From positions 1-62,422 of IMG/VR virus record IMGVR_UViG_3300026167_000001: DNA of 62,422 bases. One strand, 5' to 3'. This document shows positions 27,287 through 39,700 of the stretch, piece by piece. Within the stretch, counting starts at the first letter, position 1. The number at the start of each line of letters is the position of its first letter. Under the pieces are notes generated by a model. The model had not been told where the DNA came from. It searched no databases and worked only from the letters and a program-made list of their open reading frames with translations. A program made the position numbers and the translations under genes. This DNA is from a virus (taxonomy: Duplodnaviria > Caudoviricetes).

Positions 27287-27333
27287 AAAATATTGGTTTG
27301 GTTAAGTTAAGTTGGTTAATTAGAAAGCCCACC

Positions 27334-27420
27334 GAGGGTAGGTAATATCATAAATTATAATATCCTTCCATAATAGTGTCAATTTGTTTTGTCCATTCAA
27401 ATTGATACTTTCCTACCCTC
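27334..27420 (+). ncRNA. structured element closed by 9-bp stem
   Basis: gagggtagg/cctaccctc; inner agtgtcaatttg/caaattgatact. Confidence 0.45.
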
Positions 27421-27450
27421 ACCTTTTTAACCTTATTAAAACAAAAATAA

Positions 27451-28167
27451 ATGAATTGGAGAGAACAATTAAATAGTACAAATACTGAAGAAATTAAAAG
27501 ATATGGCCAATTGAAAACTTGGTACCCTTATTTAAAGGATGAATTTACTAAACCTTATATGAGGCGTATATCTGCTAAAATAGCCAATTATAAGCAAAAT
27601 GAGGGACTTTTATGTCCAAGTAAGGGAAATATATTCAGAGCATTCAGAAAGTGCCCATATGAAGCCGTAAAGCTTGTTATTTTAGGTCAAGATCCATACC
27701 CTGGTAAAGGAATTGCAGATGGGTTAGTATTTAGTACTAAAAATAAAGAAACGCCTAAAAGTTTGAAAAATATATTTAAAGAATTAACTAATGATTTTCC
27801 AGACATAAGATTATTAAGTAATTCTTTGGATAATTGGGCAGAACAAGGTGCGCTACTTATTAATACTGTATTTACTACGCATGCCGGAATATCTAAAGCG
27901 CATATCAATTATGGATGGGAAATACTAACTAATAAAATATTAGAATTACTGAATAATCATAATAATTCTATAGTATTTATGCTGTGGGGAAATGATGCTA
28001 GAAAATATAAAAGTAAAATTACAAATAAAAAACATTTAATATTAGAAGCGGTACACCCCAGTCCTTTATCAGCAAATAGAGGATTTTTTGGATGCAACCA
28101 TTTTAAGAAAGCTTATAACTTTATTAAAGATAAATATAATTATGACTTTGATTTTTCAACAAAATAA
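27451..28167 (+). CDS. ung: uracil-DNA glycosylase, family 1
   Basis: GQDPY, WAEQGALLIN, LWG and HPSPLS motifs. Confidence 0.95.
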   Translation: MNWREQLNSTNTEEIKRYGQLKTWYPYLKDEFTKPYMRRISAKIANYKQNEGLLCPSKGNIFRAFRKCPYEAVKLVILGQDPYPGKGIADGLVFSTKNKETPKSLKNIFKELTNDFPDIRLLSNSLDNWAEQGALLINTVFTTHAGISKAHINYGWEILTNKILELLNNHNNSIVFMLWGNDARKYKSKITNKKHLILEAVHPSPLSANRGFFGCNHFKKAYNFIKDKYNYDFDFSTK

Positions 28168-28179
28168 CACATATTAACA

Positions 28180-28941
28180 ATGATTACAGAATCAAATACT
28201 TTATTAAATAAATATATGGATACTGTTTCAGTAAGTAAAAACGTAGCTTATAAATTTTTAGAAGATATTATAAGTCAAATGGTAGATCCATATGGTTTAT
28301 TGTATGAAGACGGTACTTTAGAGTTTATATATGAACCTAGAGGTACTTCAAAGATGTTTAAAAAAATATTATCAACTAATTTCAGCGAAATACTTTCTTT
28401 TTTAGGTATAAAATTTCCTAAACCAGATGAATATAGAATGATAAAAGTGAGAGATTTATATGACTGTGTAATAAACAGCAGGTCATTTAATCCTGATATT
28501 TATAATTTACAAATACTAAATACTGATATTCCATTTGAAAATACTTTGGAAAGAAGATTAAGATATTTCTTTTACAGTCGTACTAGAAAAATAAAAGAAA
28601 AAAATTCTGATAGAGATTATTTCTTATATCCTATAGATGATATATTAGTAAACGAAATAATTAATTATAATTTTCCAGATAAAAAAATAAAAAAATTCAT
28701 AAATGCACTAGAATTAAAATATTTTAATAATTCCTCACTTACTTATTTAGGGCCAAGTATTATAATGACTTGGATACCAGAATTAAGAGATAAAAGAGTA
28801 CAAGATATAAACAATCTTGCTAATGCTTTTAAAGAACATATTAATATAATCTACAAAAAAGATTATTCAGAATATGTAGAAGGTGTGGATGATAAAGAAC
28901 TTAGAAACGAATTTATACAATTTTATATCGACACTAAATAA
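28180..28941 (+). CDS. hypothetical protein
   Basis: 253 aa, last + strand gene. Confidence 0.65.
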   Translation: MITESNTLLNKYMDTVSVSKNVAYKFLEDIISQMVDPYGLLYEDGTLEFIYEPRGTSKMFKKILSTNFSEILSFLGIKFPKPDEYRMIKVRDLYDCVINSRSFNPDIYNLQILNTDIPFENTLERRLRYFFYSRTRKIKEKNSDRDYFLYPIDDILVNEIINYNFPDKKIKKFINALELKYFNNSSLTYLGPSIIMTWIPELRDKRVQDINNLANAFKEHINIIYKKDYSEYVEGVDDKELRNEFIQFYIDTK

Positions 28942-29002
28942 ATTAAAATATACGATTTCATGATTGACAGGGGAGTGGTTACCCCGCAAGTTTGGTTAAT
29001 TG

Positions 29003-29043
29003 AAAAAGAAAGGGCAGCCTTAATGACTGCCCTATCTTTATTT
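29003..29043. terminator. bidirectional terminator between the convergent modules
   Basis: agggcag/ctgccct hairpin with A-rich tract on the left and T-rich tract on the right. Confidence 0.75.
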
Positions 29044-29060
29044 GTATGTTTATGTAGTAC

Positions 29061-32000
29061 TTAATTCTTAAACCAATGCATTTGGTTTTCTATATTTAAT
29101 AATCTAGGTATTTGTTTAGCAACTGGTACCATATTAATAAAATATTTTTCCATCTTCATATGATCTTTCCAAGGACCTGTTTTAAATCTTGTCCAAGGTC
29201 TATCATCATCTAATGGATTAAATGCTAATTCTACCATTCTAATAGTATTTTCTATTATAGACATAGCTGCTGCAGGAGATTTAAGTATTCTCATTGCTTC
29301 TATAGGATTACTAAAGAAAAACAATTCTGACCTTAATCTTAAAAACTGATATGCAGCATGACTATAAAAAGCTTGTTTAGTTTCATCATCTTCATCACCA
29401 GCTAACTTTACAAACAAATTACCTAATATAAATGCTAATACCAATGCTATTGTTTCTGTAACTGTTCTCTTGATATTGGCTCGTTCTAAAGTTGTTAGTC
29501 CTTTTAAATAAGCTTTAGCGGATTCATGTTTAAAAGCATTAGCATCTTTAAATAGCCTACCTAAAAAATTATTAAGTAATATACCAGCTGTTTTACCAGC
29601 AACTCTACCAGTAGTAATATAAGACCCTTCTGTAAAGAATTCGCCTATTTCATTATATTTAAAAGCTCTAGAACCATCACGATTTTTACGTTTACTAACT
29701 TCCCAGCGTCTATTCATTCCTGGTATTACAAATTTTCTAAACATATAACCCATTCTGCCTAATGCAAGTCGTTGTAAAGCAATTTTACCTAATTGAGAGT
29801 ACTCACCATGCATTCTAGATAGAATACGTTTCATTCTTAATCCTATAATGTTTACCTCTTCTTCAGTTAGTTCAACTCTCTTGTCTAATACTAATTCACC
29901 TTTATCATTGACTGAATATGCATCCAATAAACTTAGCTCTTTTCCATCTTTATCTTTTATAATATTACCTTCAGAGTCTCTAGCTTTAATATAATCTAGC
30001 ATGGCCATCATTGCTCTAGTTTGCATCATATGCTCACCAGCATGAGAAGTAAAGAATAATGTATTAGTCATCATCATTCTAGAGAATTTAGATGATTTTC
30101 TCATAGCATCGTCACTACCATAATCATTTAATACATCAAATCTTTCAGCTAATAAGTTAACTTTATTTTCTGGTTTTCTAGATCCTATATCGCCTAATAT
30201 GCCAACTAAATTTTTAGCATATTCCCTAGAAGCTTTCCTATAATTTTTCATAGTATAGAATTCGCCAGCAAAAGATTCTGCTATTTGCATAGTCTCCCCC
30301 AGCATTGTATTAGCAGTACCTTGAACGAAGTTAATACCTAGCATATTAAGTGCTGTAAATCTATTTAAAGCATCTGCTGCTTTAGCTTTATCTATACTAG
30401 ACCCAAATACAGTCCAAGTACCTTCATCTTTGGCCATTTTACCATACACAACGGATTCCACCCAATCGCCTAATTGTGCAGCTATTAATGATGAAGCTCC
30501 TGATTTAGTTAACTCCCTGTTAATAAGTGCTTTATTAGCATTTTTAATTGGATTTGCATGATTATCTAATTTAACTATATCTCTATTGTCTATTAAAAAT
30601 TTAGTAAGCTCTAAATCTGATAAAACTTCATTAGTATTTTTATATGTAACACCCATTTTATATCTATTATAATATATAGATGCTATATCAAATGATTGAT
30701 CGTCAACCGGTATTTCATTACTGTAAAATACAGGTAAGAATAATTTAGGATTATTACTTTCATCAACTAATTCCATTATTTCTCCACCTGCCATTTCACC
30801 TTTTTCTACATCATAAGGTTTTAAAGATACCCATTCACTAGTTATTTCTTTAGTAGATTTGTATAGACCTTGTCTAGATTGTAATCTCTCTATAAAACTT
30901 TTAGCAATTCCTGGTAATCTAGTACCTAATCTATGTTGATAGGGTAAAACTTGATCTATTTCATTATTTGTTTCTACAATAAAATCATAGAATTTTATCC
31001 TAGGATCAGTTTGTACACCATCTACTAACCCACGTTTTCTAAGTGATTGTAATTCATCCCATTGTGGATTGTGCCAATTTGTAATACTTTTTTCCCATAT
31101 TATTTGGCCTGAATTTTTAATTTCTTTTACTTTTCTACCTTCTTTAACAGGGTCTCTAAAATTCCATATATTTTGAGAAATCCATTTTTGAATATATCCA
31201 GCTGCTTGATGTTCATTACCTTTAAGTACCTTACTTAAATCTTTTTCAGCGTACCTAGATTTATCATTTTCTACGACTCTTTCAAATTCTTCATAAGTTA
31301 ATATGCCGCCATCCATAAGTTCTTTCATATAATCATACTTTGCTTGATTAAGATCCTTATGATGAGTAATAATATTCATTTTTCTGTACTTATAAAGAAC
31401 ATTTTCTTTAGCAGTTTCATTCATTCCTTCAAGTTCATTAACCATTCGTTTAACTCTCTCATATTCAGTTTTAAAACTGCTCCTAAATTTATCTATATAA
31501 TGCCCAGTTAATTTACCATCTTCATCTCTTTCTAACATAAAACTATAGAAGGATTCTTCAGATTGATTGGCCTTTTTATTTTGATAATTTTCTAAATCTC
31601 TTAATAAACCAACTAATTTATCCCTATATTTAAGTCCTTCTAATCTAGAATTTTCTAATTGCAATGCATATGATTTTACTAACGTACTGATAACCATGTC
31701 ATCAGAATTAAGTACAGTATCAGCCCATCTGGCTATATAAGATATATCAAACGCACCTTTTTCTAGTTCAGCTTTAAATATAGCAGTAGTACGATCTTCA
31801 ATAGTTCCTTCAAATTCTTTCATTCTATTTGAAATATACGTATTCATAGATATATCAGCTTTTTCTTTATCTGATAAATTACGCCATTCTCTTTCAAATA
31901 TAAGCCTATATTCAGATTTTATTCTAGTACTTTTTTGTGCAAATTTATCTACTATAACATTCCTACCATCTTCTAATATAAACTGATCTATTTCATCAAT

Positions 32001-33710
32001 TTGATCTGATGTATTACTTAATTGTTTAAGTATTTTCTTAAGTTGTTCATCATCAACATCTGAATGCCTATCTACAATAGTTTTACGAATTGCCTTAACG
32101 ATTCTAAATCCATTAACATAATCAGCCCACTGTATTAAATGCTTGGAGTCTATTGCTTCTTTATCTCCCTTTTTATAAGCTTCTCTAGCTTTTTTAAAAC
32201 GGTTATAAACACTATTAATTTGGCTAACAGCCAAAGCACTAAAATCTAATAATACATCTAAATCAGATTCTTCACTCTCCAGTACTTCTAATCTTTCTCT
32301 AAGTTCAGCAATCTTTTCTTGATTGTCTCTACGTTTATAAATTTTTATTTTATTTTGTATAGAATCTATTGCTTTTAAACGTAATTCATTTTCTTCAGAA
32401 GATATTGTAAAAGTCTCTTCTATATATTTAGGTACTTTACCAATAACTGTTTGTTTTTCAGCTTGTTCAGGATCATCTTCTTCAGGGTTCTTTTTCTTAT
32501 CACGTTGTTCATAAGCTTCTCTAGAAGGTCTATTAGTACGTTCTATATACTGTTCACCAACAACCATATTAGCTAATCTTCTAACAGTTGATTTTTCTAT
32601 TTTAAGTACTTGTTTAACACGTCTAAAAAAACGCATTAACCACCTTTGCCATTTAGGTCCTTTTTCAGCTATTTCTCGTTCGTTGAATATCTTAGCAACT
32701 TCTTCACCAATAGCTTGTGCTAATATCTCTTTTTTAAGTTTATGATTAGTTATATCTTCAGCTAAATCAGGATATCGTTCTAATACCCTTTTTTCTATTT
32801 TTGAGCCCTCTAATTGTTTAAGGCCTTGTTGTACTAAGGTATTATTTAAACCCCCTATTAAATCGACTAATAAGTGCCCAAATTCGTGCCCTAACGTATC
32901 TCTAGTCATTAGATTAGGATTAACTCTTATAACAGAACCACCAGCCTCTAAAAGGCCTAATTGGGGTATATTAATGTCTTCTATTACTTGTCTGACTTCA
33001 GGAAATACATTGAGCATTATCTCTTTTTGTCTATTAAATTCTTCCCTATACTTATTAGATTCTTTTACTCTAGGCTGTAAAGGCTTAGAATCACCGGCTC
33101 TTTGCTCATATTCAGTACTTTGTCCTTGTTTTAATAAATTATTTGGATTATAAGGTACTGTAGTTTGAATTCTAGTAGTCTTTTTATTTCTAATATTTGT
33201 CGGCTCAAATTTAAAAGTACTAAATTTAGCTTCAGGAGAATATTTACTATAAAGATCTTTAACTTTTTGAGTAGCTTTTTTCGGATAAAATCCTATTTTC
33301 TTTTTAACCCATTTTCCTTTATCATTCTTCTCCCAATCTTGAACAAGCCCTTCTCTATTTTCAATACCCCATACAAATGGATTATGAGTATCTGTCATTA
33401 ACTCCCACTCGCCTTCTCTATTTTTATACATAGTGAGATCATCTGATAGCTTGTCATTTTTTCTCATTTGATTAAACAAATCAGAAGGTACCTTTTTAAA
33501 AGATGGTTTTTTATACTTATCAGCTGTAGAAATGGATTTAATGTCAGATTCTGTAACCATATTTTCCAATTCATTAATTGTAGGAAATCTGGTTTCATTA
33601 TTCTTATATTGCCACAAAGCTACTTTAACCCTTAATATATGAGGATTATAAGTAGACTTTTTTTGCAGTTCTTTAAATTCTGGATGATTTGTATTTATAC
33701 AATGTAACAT
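29061..33710 (-). CDS. large virion (ejected) protein with zincin-like motif
   Basis: 1549 aa; HEFGH (32874-32888) plus downstream KEILA; position next to the virion RNAP as in crAss-like phages. Confidence 0.75.
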   Translation of the reverse strand: MLHCINTNHPEFKELQKKSTYNPHILRVKVALWQYKNNETRFPTINELENMVTESDIKSISTADKYKKPSFKKVPSDLFNQMRKNDKLSDDLTMYKNREGEWELMTDTHNPFVWGIENREGLVQDWEKNDKGKWVKKKIGFYPKKATQKVKDLYSKYSPEAKFSTFKFEPTNIRNKKTTRIQTTVPYNPNNLLKQGQSTEYEQRAGDSKPLQPRVKESNKYREEFNRQKEIMLNVFPEVRQVIEDINIPQLGLLEAGGSVIRVNPNLMTRDTLGHEFGHLLVDLIGGLNNTLVQQGLKQLEGSKIEKRVLERYPDLAEDITNHKLKKEILAQAIGEEVAKIFNEREIAEKGPKWQRWLMRFFRRVKQVLKIEKSTVRRLANMVVGEQYIERTNRPSREAYEQRDKKKNPEEDDPEQAEKQTVIGKVPKYIEETFTISSEENELRLKAIDSIQNKIKIYKRRDNQEKIAELRERLEVLESEESDLDVLLDFSALAVSQINSVYNRFKKAREAYKKGDKEAIDSKHLIQWADYVNGFRIVKAIRKTIVDRHSDVDDEQLKKILKQLSNTSDQIDEIDQFILEDGRNVIVDKFAQKSTRIKSEYRLIFEREWRNLSDKEKADISMNTYISNRMKEFEGTIEDRTTAIFKAELEKGAFDISYIARWADTVLNSDDMVISTLVKSYALQLENSRLEGLKYRDKLVGLLRDLENYQNKKANQSEESFYSFMLERDEDGKLTGHYIDKFRSSFKTEYERVKRMVNELEGMNETAKENVLYKYRKMNIITHHKDLNQAKYDYMKELMDGGILTYEEFERVVENDKSRYAEKDLSKVLKGNEHQAAGYIQKWISQNIWNFRDPVKEGRKVKEIKNSGQIIWEKSITNWHNPQWDELQSLRKRGLVDGVQTDPRIKFYDFIVETNNEIDQVLPYQHRLGTRLPGIAKSFIERLQSRQGLYKSTKEITSEWVSLKPYDVEKGEMAGGEIMELVDESNNPKLFLPVFYSNEIPVDDQSFDIASIYYNRYKMGVTYKNTNEVLSDLELTKFLIDNRDIVKLDNHANPIKNANKALINRELTKSGASSLIAAQLGDWVESVVYGKMAKDEGTWTVFGSSIDKAKAADALNRFTALNMLGINFVQGTANTMLGETMQIAESFAGEFYTMKNYRKASREYAKNLVGILGDIGSRKPENKVNLLAERFDVLNDYGSDDAMRKSSKFSRMMMTNTLFFTSHAGEHMMQTRAMMAMLDYIKARDSEGNIIKDKDGKELSLLDAYSVNDKGELVLDKRVELTEEEVNIIGLRMKRILSRMHGEYSQLGKIALQRLALGRMGYMFRKFVIPGMNRRWEVSKRKNRDGSRAFKYNEIGEFFTEGSYITTGRVAGKTAGILLNNFLGRLFKDANAFKHESAKAYLKGLTTLERANIKRTVTETIALVLAFILGNLFVKLAGDEDDETKQAFYSHAAYQFLRLRSELFFFSNPIEAMRILKSPAAAMSIIENTIRMVELAFNPLDDDRPWTRFKTGPWKDHMKMEKYFINMVPVAKQIPRLLNIENQMHWFKN

Positions 33711-33721
33711 AAATATTTATA

Positions 33722-36700
33722 TTAAAATGGTGGGCAGTAAATAGTTTCCCAAATTAAAGCTTGTTGTTCTTCTTTAGTAAGTTCATTAAACTCCTGCATA
33801 CTTATACCAGGCATATTACCTGCTGTTTCTAAAGCTTCTAACCACGCTTCCCAACTAGGTTCTATAGATTCATGACCTGTTTCAGCATCAGTTATAAATG
33901 GAGACTCTTCTTGTTGTTCATTTAAAACATCAAAATCTGTTTCTATATCTATATCATCATTTATCAACCCTTCTACCTCCATAGGCCAAGCCGTAACTAA
34001 TTTACCAGTATTAGTTTTAAATTGCGGTAATCTAGTTTCTATTTTCTCTAACCATTTGCCTTCATTAGTTTGTTTACCACCAATACTAACCATTTCTGTC
34101 TCACCAGTAACAGTGGCTTCAAATGAATTTTTATAAGTATCGTATTTAATACGTACTTTTCTACCTTTATTATCTCTAGCTAAATCTTTTACAGTATAAA
34201 ATGATCCTTGTGTTGCTTTTATATCAGAAATATTTTCTAATCCTAAAAACTCCCTCAAATTGACTATTTCATTAGCACTAACTTCTATATTATCATCTGA
34301 TTTTAATTTAGCAGAAATTTCAGCATTACTTATATTAGAGTATTCTTCAGCCTCTAAAGCTTGTAATAATACATTGTATACAGTATTACCTAATCTATCA
34401 CGAATTTCTATGCGTTCTTCTGCTTTAGTACGTTCTCCTTTTCTATTATTATCAACCTCTTTCATTGCCTCTTTACTAACTTTATCATTAAGTACAAATC
34501 TATATTGAGTATTATTAGCTTCTAAATTGTCTAAAGTATTCTTAACAACTTTTAGTTCTGATATATCTACAGGTGTAAATTCATCTACTTTATTATCTAA
34601 AAATTCTTGTATTCTTTCGTTAGTACCTTTTAATTGCGTGTATATATTATTAGATTTTATAATAGATTTTGATAAACCATATTCCTTAATAGCAAATCCT
34701 TTTTTATAGTAACCTTTTTTACTAGTTATTCTATATATAGGATCACCATTTTTATTTCTACCTATATATCTATATAATATTGTTTCACCTGTATGAGTAC
34801 TAGCAAAATATGGTGCATATATAGGATTATTATACTCATCATACCCTCTAAATAAATCTGAATTTTCATTATGTATAAAACTAAGTATAAAAATCTTACC
34901 TTCTCCAAAGGACTCATCTATAGAAATACCCTCAAATGAATCTACTATAGGAACTAATCTTTTAGTTGATTCATTAGAAGCTTTATGTCTAATCCAAGCA
35001 TTTTTAAATAAATCATCTAACATCAAAGAGAGTTCAACAGAACCTTCTTCACTATTTAAATTGTTTAAAGTCTGCCTAAAAAATTCGCCAAATCCTATAT
35101 CTTCTAAATAATCAGTAGGCATATACTCAAAAAATGAATACATATTTCTAGATAACCCTGAAGAATAAAATGCATATAATACTAATCCTCTGCCTAATTT
35201 TCTAACAGTTTCATCTTCGTGATATATTAAATCAGACCATGATCTGCTCAAATCTTCTTTATCCCATTTCTCTTTTATACTACTATTTTGTACTCTAAGT
35301 TTGTCTGGAACATCTGTTTCTTCAGAAAATTCTGCTTGAATTGTTTGTATTAATCTATTTCTTCTTAATTCTGGGTACTTATCTAATAATTCATTTTTTC
35401 CTACTTTAAGTTCGTATATATTATTAACTAACCCTTTTTCACTAAAAAATAATTTCTCTACTTTTTTATAATCCATTCCAAGACCATTATCTTCACCAGT
35501 AAAAAATTGGGAAGATACCATAGAAAACATTTCATCTTCTAAATAAGAAATTAAAGTAGCGTCATTAGTATATTTATTACCTGTCAGCTCTAATACTTTA
35601 GATAAAACACTTTTAAACGCTCTAGTATTAGTCACTGTTAAACCACCAAATAATTGCTCAGATAACCCTATACTATTTTCATAGTAAGTACCGAGAAAAG
35701 TGTCATTAAATATTTCAAAGGCGCCGTCTATTGCATTTGTATCAAATACCTTATCGTAAGTATTAGTAAATGCTTTCATTTCAGCATTATTCTTACCGTA
35801 TCCTTTAGTATCGGTTCTAGATGCCATAACTAATTCATTTAAGTAATTAGCTTGTTTATCTAACTCTTGAAATAATTCTAATATTTTTAATTGTGTTTTA
35901 TAATATTTGGCATCTTTTGTAGTATTATTATCAATACCATTTATAAGGGTTTCCATATCCCATAAACTATCAGGTAATTTTATATTCCTACTTTTTTTAT
36001 TTTCTTTATACAGAGCGTTTTTAAATAACTCTTCATATTTTTTTCTAACTGCAGTACCTGGGTTAGTTTTAGAAGTTACTAATCTACCTGATTTTAAAGC
36101 AGCCTTATAAGTTAACTCCTTCAATATAGGTTGTGCTAAGAAGTAAAAAGTTTTTTCTCCAACACCTGATCTAATTAATAAATTGGTTATTGAATATGTT
36201 CGTTTATTTACATTTAGATCAAATATATAAGGATCTTTAGCAATATCCACATGTGCATTAATAAGAGCTGATAACCAATCTAGTATATAATTACCTTCAG
36301 AATCTTTTATTCCAGATAAATCTGTATTTCTCTTAGAATTTACATTACCTATTTGTATATTAGTTTTCAATCCTAAACCTACTATTTGACCTAATATATG
36401 ATGTACATTATTAAGTGCAAATGGGCCAATTCCAAGTTTCCCACCGGAATATTTTCGTTTAACTTCTTCTTGATATTCTGGAGATAATTCATATAAACTA
36501 GGAGTAAGCTCTTTCTCTAAACCTTCTAATTTCCTAATATATTTAGATATATCTTCAACCATTGAAGTAGATGCATCTAATGGAGTAGTCATATTAATAA
36601 AACTATACTTACTTCTTAATATAATCATATAAGCATCTAAAAGTTTATTTTCAACAGCTTTAGAAGTATTTTGTTCTATTAATGATCTTTGACTAAAGTC

Positions 36701-39700
36701 TTTTAAATTCTGTTTAACCCATCTGGTAATTATTCTATCAATTGCTTTTTCTCGTATATCTCTAATTCGACGAATAGTTTTATTTCTATCGTTCATCATA
36801 TCATATAAAGCACTTTTTAATTCTTTAGCGTCTAATAAGTCATCTCTCCACAGTTCTTCATTTTCATAATCTAAATCTATATATTCTTCTAATTCACCTA
36901 TTTTTAATTTCAATTCGTCAATTTCAGATTTAGTCATTTCATTTTGAGCAGCTTCTTCACGTATTCTTAATGAAATGCGCTTATTTATTTCGCCTATTTC
37001 ATCGCTTAATATCTCTTCTGCATATTTTCTAGCACGTTCCTCTGTAGTACTATTATTATCATCTAAATAAGGTGTTTTTACAACATCTGTAATTTCTTTA
37101 CCAGTCTTATCATAATTATATCTAACAGCATATAACTTATCAATATCAAAGTCAGATCCTGTAAGCGTGGTAAATTCTGCAGGAAGTATAATAACGTCAC
37201 CAACATTTTCTGGTAATAGTCCAACAACTTTCATATATGAAACAGAATTCATACCCTGTGTAGGAATACGATAACCTATTATTTCTGGATTATTTTCTAC
37301 AAATTTTTTCTTTTCTTCAAAAGAAAGTTCTGAATAATTTGGTATTATATGCTTAAACATATTTATAGATACTATACATTCCATAGGCATAGTATCGCCT
37401 GTTTCTTCATTAGTTCTATAGAATTTTAATTCGTTAGTACCATTTTCAAACCAATCAACTTTATTCTCAAAATTATCTATATTTTTATCTGAAACAGTTT
37501 TTAATCCAAAATTAGACATTTGAATAAATGAACCGCCTGGAAGCATTAAATCTACAGCATGCTTATTTATCATAGATATAAACCTACTATAAATCCATTT
37601 TCTTTCCGGTAATGCGTCAAATGGAAGTTTTATTTTACCATCTTCTATAATCAGAGCTCTTACAATATTATCAGACATTCCAGATTTTCTAGCATCTTCT
37701 CTAAGCATTTTTAGTAACTTAGAAGAATCTAATTTACCACCTTCTATAGTAACGCCTAATTTCTTCAATAATCTTTCTTTACCTTTTTCTGATAAAGCTG
37801 ATACTGATTCCATTACAGTATTTATAAGATCTTGTCCAGACACTCCCTCTTTATAGGTAGCATTTTTATCTATATTAGACATTATAATTTTCTTAACCTG
37901 AGTACCAAATAATGTATCTTCAGATAAATGTGGGTCGGTAACTAGCTGTTTTCTTAAGTACTTAAATTTTTGAGGGTGATATTCTAAATCACGTTCATTA
38001 AAATCGGTAATTTCAGTTTTAAACTCATCTCTATAATAATTAAATCTACCCATATTACCCACTTTAACAGCCGTATCATGTTTTATAGCTTGTATAGATT
38101 CTTTATCAGTATAGTCATAAAGTGTATTACCGTCTTTATCTACTTTTTTACGAGCCCCCATTCTATCAGCCAAACGTTCTAAATCAGTACCTTCTACAAC
38201 ACGTCTAAATAATGGAGCCATAGACATTTTATCAAAAATAGGTACGCCTAACCCATCTCTATATTGAATTTCAAAATATACAGTTTTAAGTACAGGCATA
38301 ACTAAATCTAATGCCTTCTTTTCGTCCTCAACACTAGGTTTTTCTTCAGATTCTAATATATCAAAAGCTTCTGACATTTCATCAGTAAATTCTCCCCATC
38401 TAATCATTAATGATTTAGCCATACTTGGGGAAATGTATACTTGAGCGTCTGTAGGATCTGTTTTTCTATAATTTTTTAAATTCTTCTTAACTAATTTATC
38501 TGCAACATCTTCAGTAAGTCCTTCTGTTTCTACATAATATTTTAAATGCCTTTCATATAAAGAATTATAGTACACAGAATCTATTTTATCAGTATTTAAT
38601 GTAGCTGCATTATAAGTGTATTTACCATACAATTCATGATCTTCTGAAAAATTAGTTCTAGTATTAGTACCAGTAGATGTGGCTACAGAAATTCGTTTCA
38701 CTTTATCAGCATTTATTTTTTTAGATGTGTCACCTTTATAAAAAGCCACATCGCCAGAAAATATCATCTCTGTCTCTATACCTGCTGCTATAGTATTTGC
38801 AGTATAATCCGCTAAAGTTTTATAAATAGCGGCTATTGTAACGCCATTATAATTCTCTTTAGATAATTTTTTTAATTTTTCAGAATCAAGTAGTTCGTTG
38901 GAAACTATGGAATTATTATTACCGGTATTTATTATACCTAATTTACCAACCATACTTATGGTATTATCAATATTTCCTTCTAAAGCATTTATTATTTTTT
39001 CCCTTACTTTAGTAAAACCTTCTTTACCATTAAATACTTTGAAGTGTTGAAATTTAGTACCGTTACCAGCATATTTACCATTTCTGTACTTAAATATTTT
39101 ATAAAGCCCCCTATCCATTTTTTCATAATAAATAGCGTCGCCTTTATTATTACTTATCTTATAGTGGAAATTTTCAACTAATCTAGAAGTATCTATAGCA
39201 CCTTTATTATTAAAAGCTGCTTCTATTTGTTCTTTAGCTAATTCTATTCTTTCATTTTCAGCTTCAGCATACTGCATTAACACATTTACAACTTCTGAAT
39301 TGGGATCTATAGATATATTACCAGAATCATCTACATTTATATCACAAGATAAAGGATCTACGCCTTTATATAAATAATAAGTACGCCTATCGGCTAAAGT
39401 AGGCATTGGCAACATACCATTTTGTATAGCTGTAATTTTAAGTAGTATGTTTTCTATATCATTTAATGATGTATATTCTCTACCTGAATCAGCTGCATTT
39501 AGCTGTATAAATCCTGAAAACGTATTAATACCAAAATTTCTACGTTTAGTCGGTGATATTTTAAGACTATTTAATATATAAGATTTAGATGAATATACAG
39601 AACTTAACATTTCATCTAATTTCTCTGGATTACTATTCAATTCCCTTATTATATCTGTAACATAAGTATTTTGTGTATAAGAATAATAAGCATTACCACC

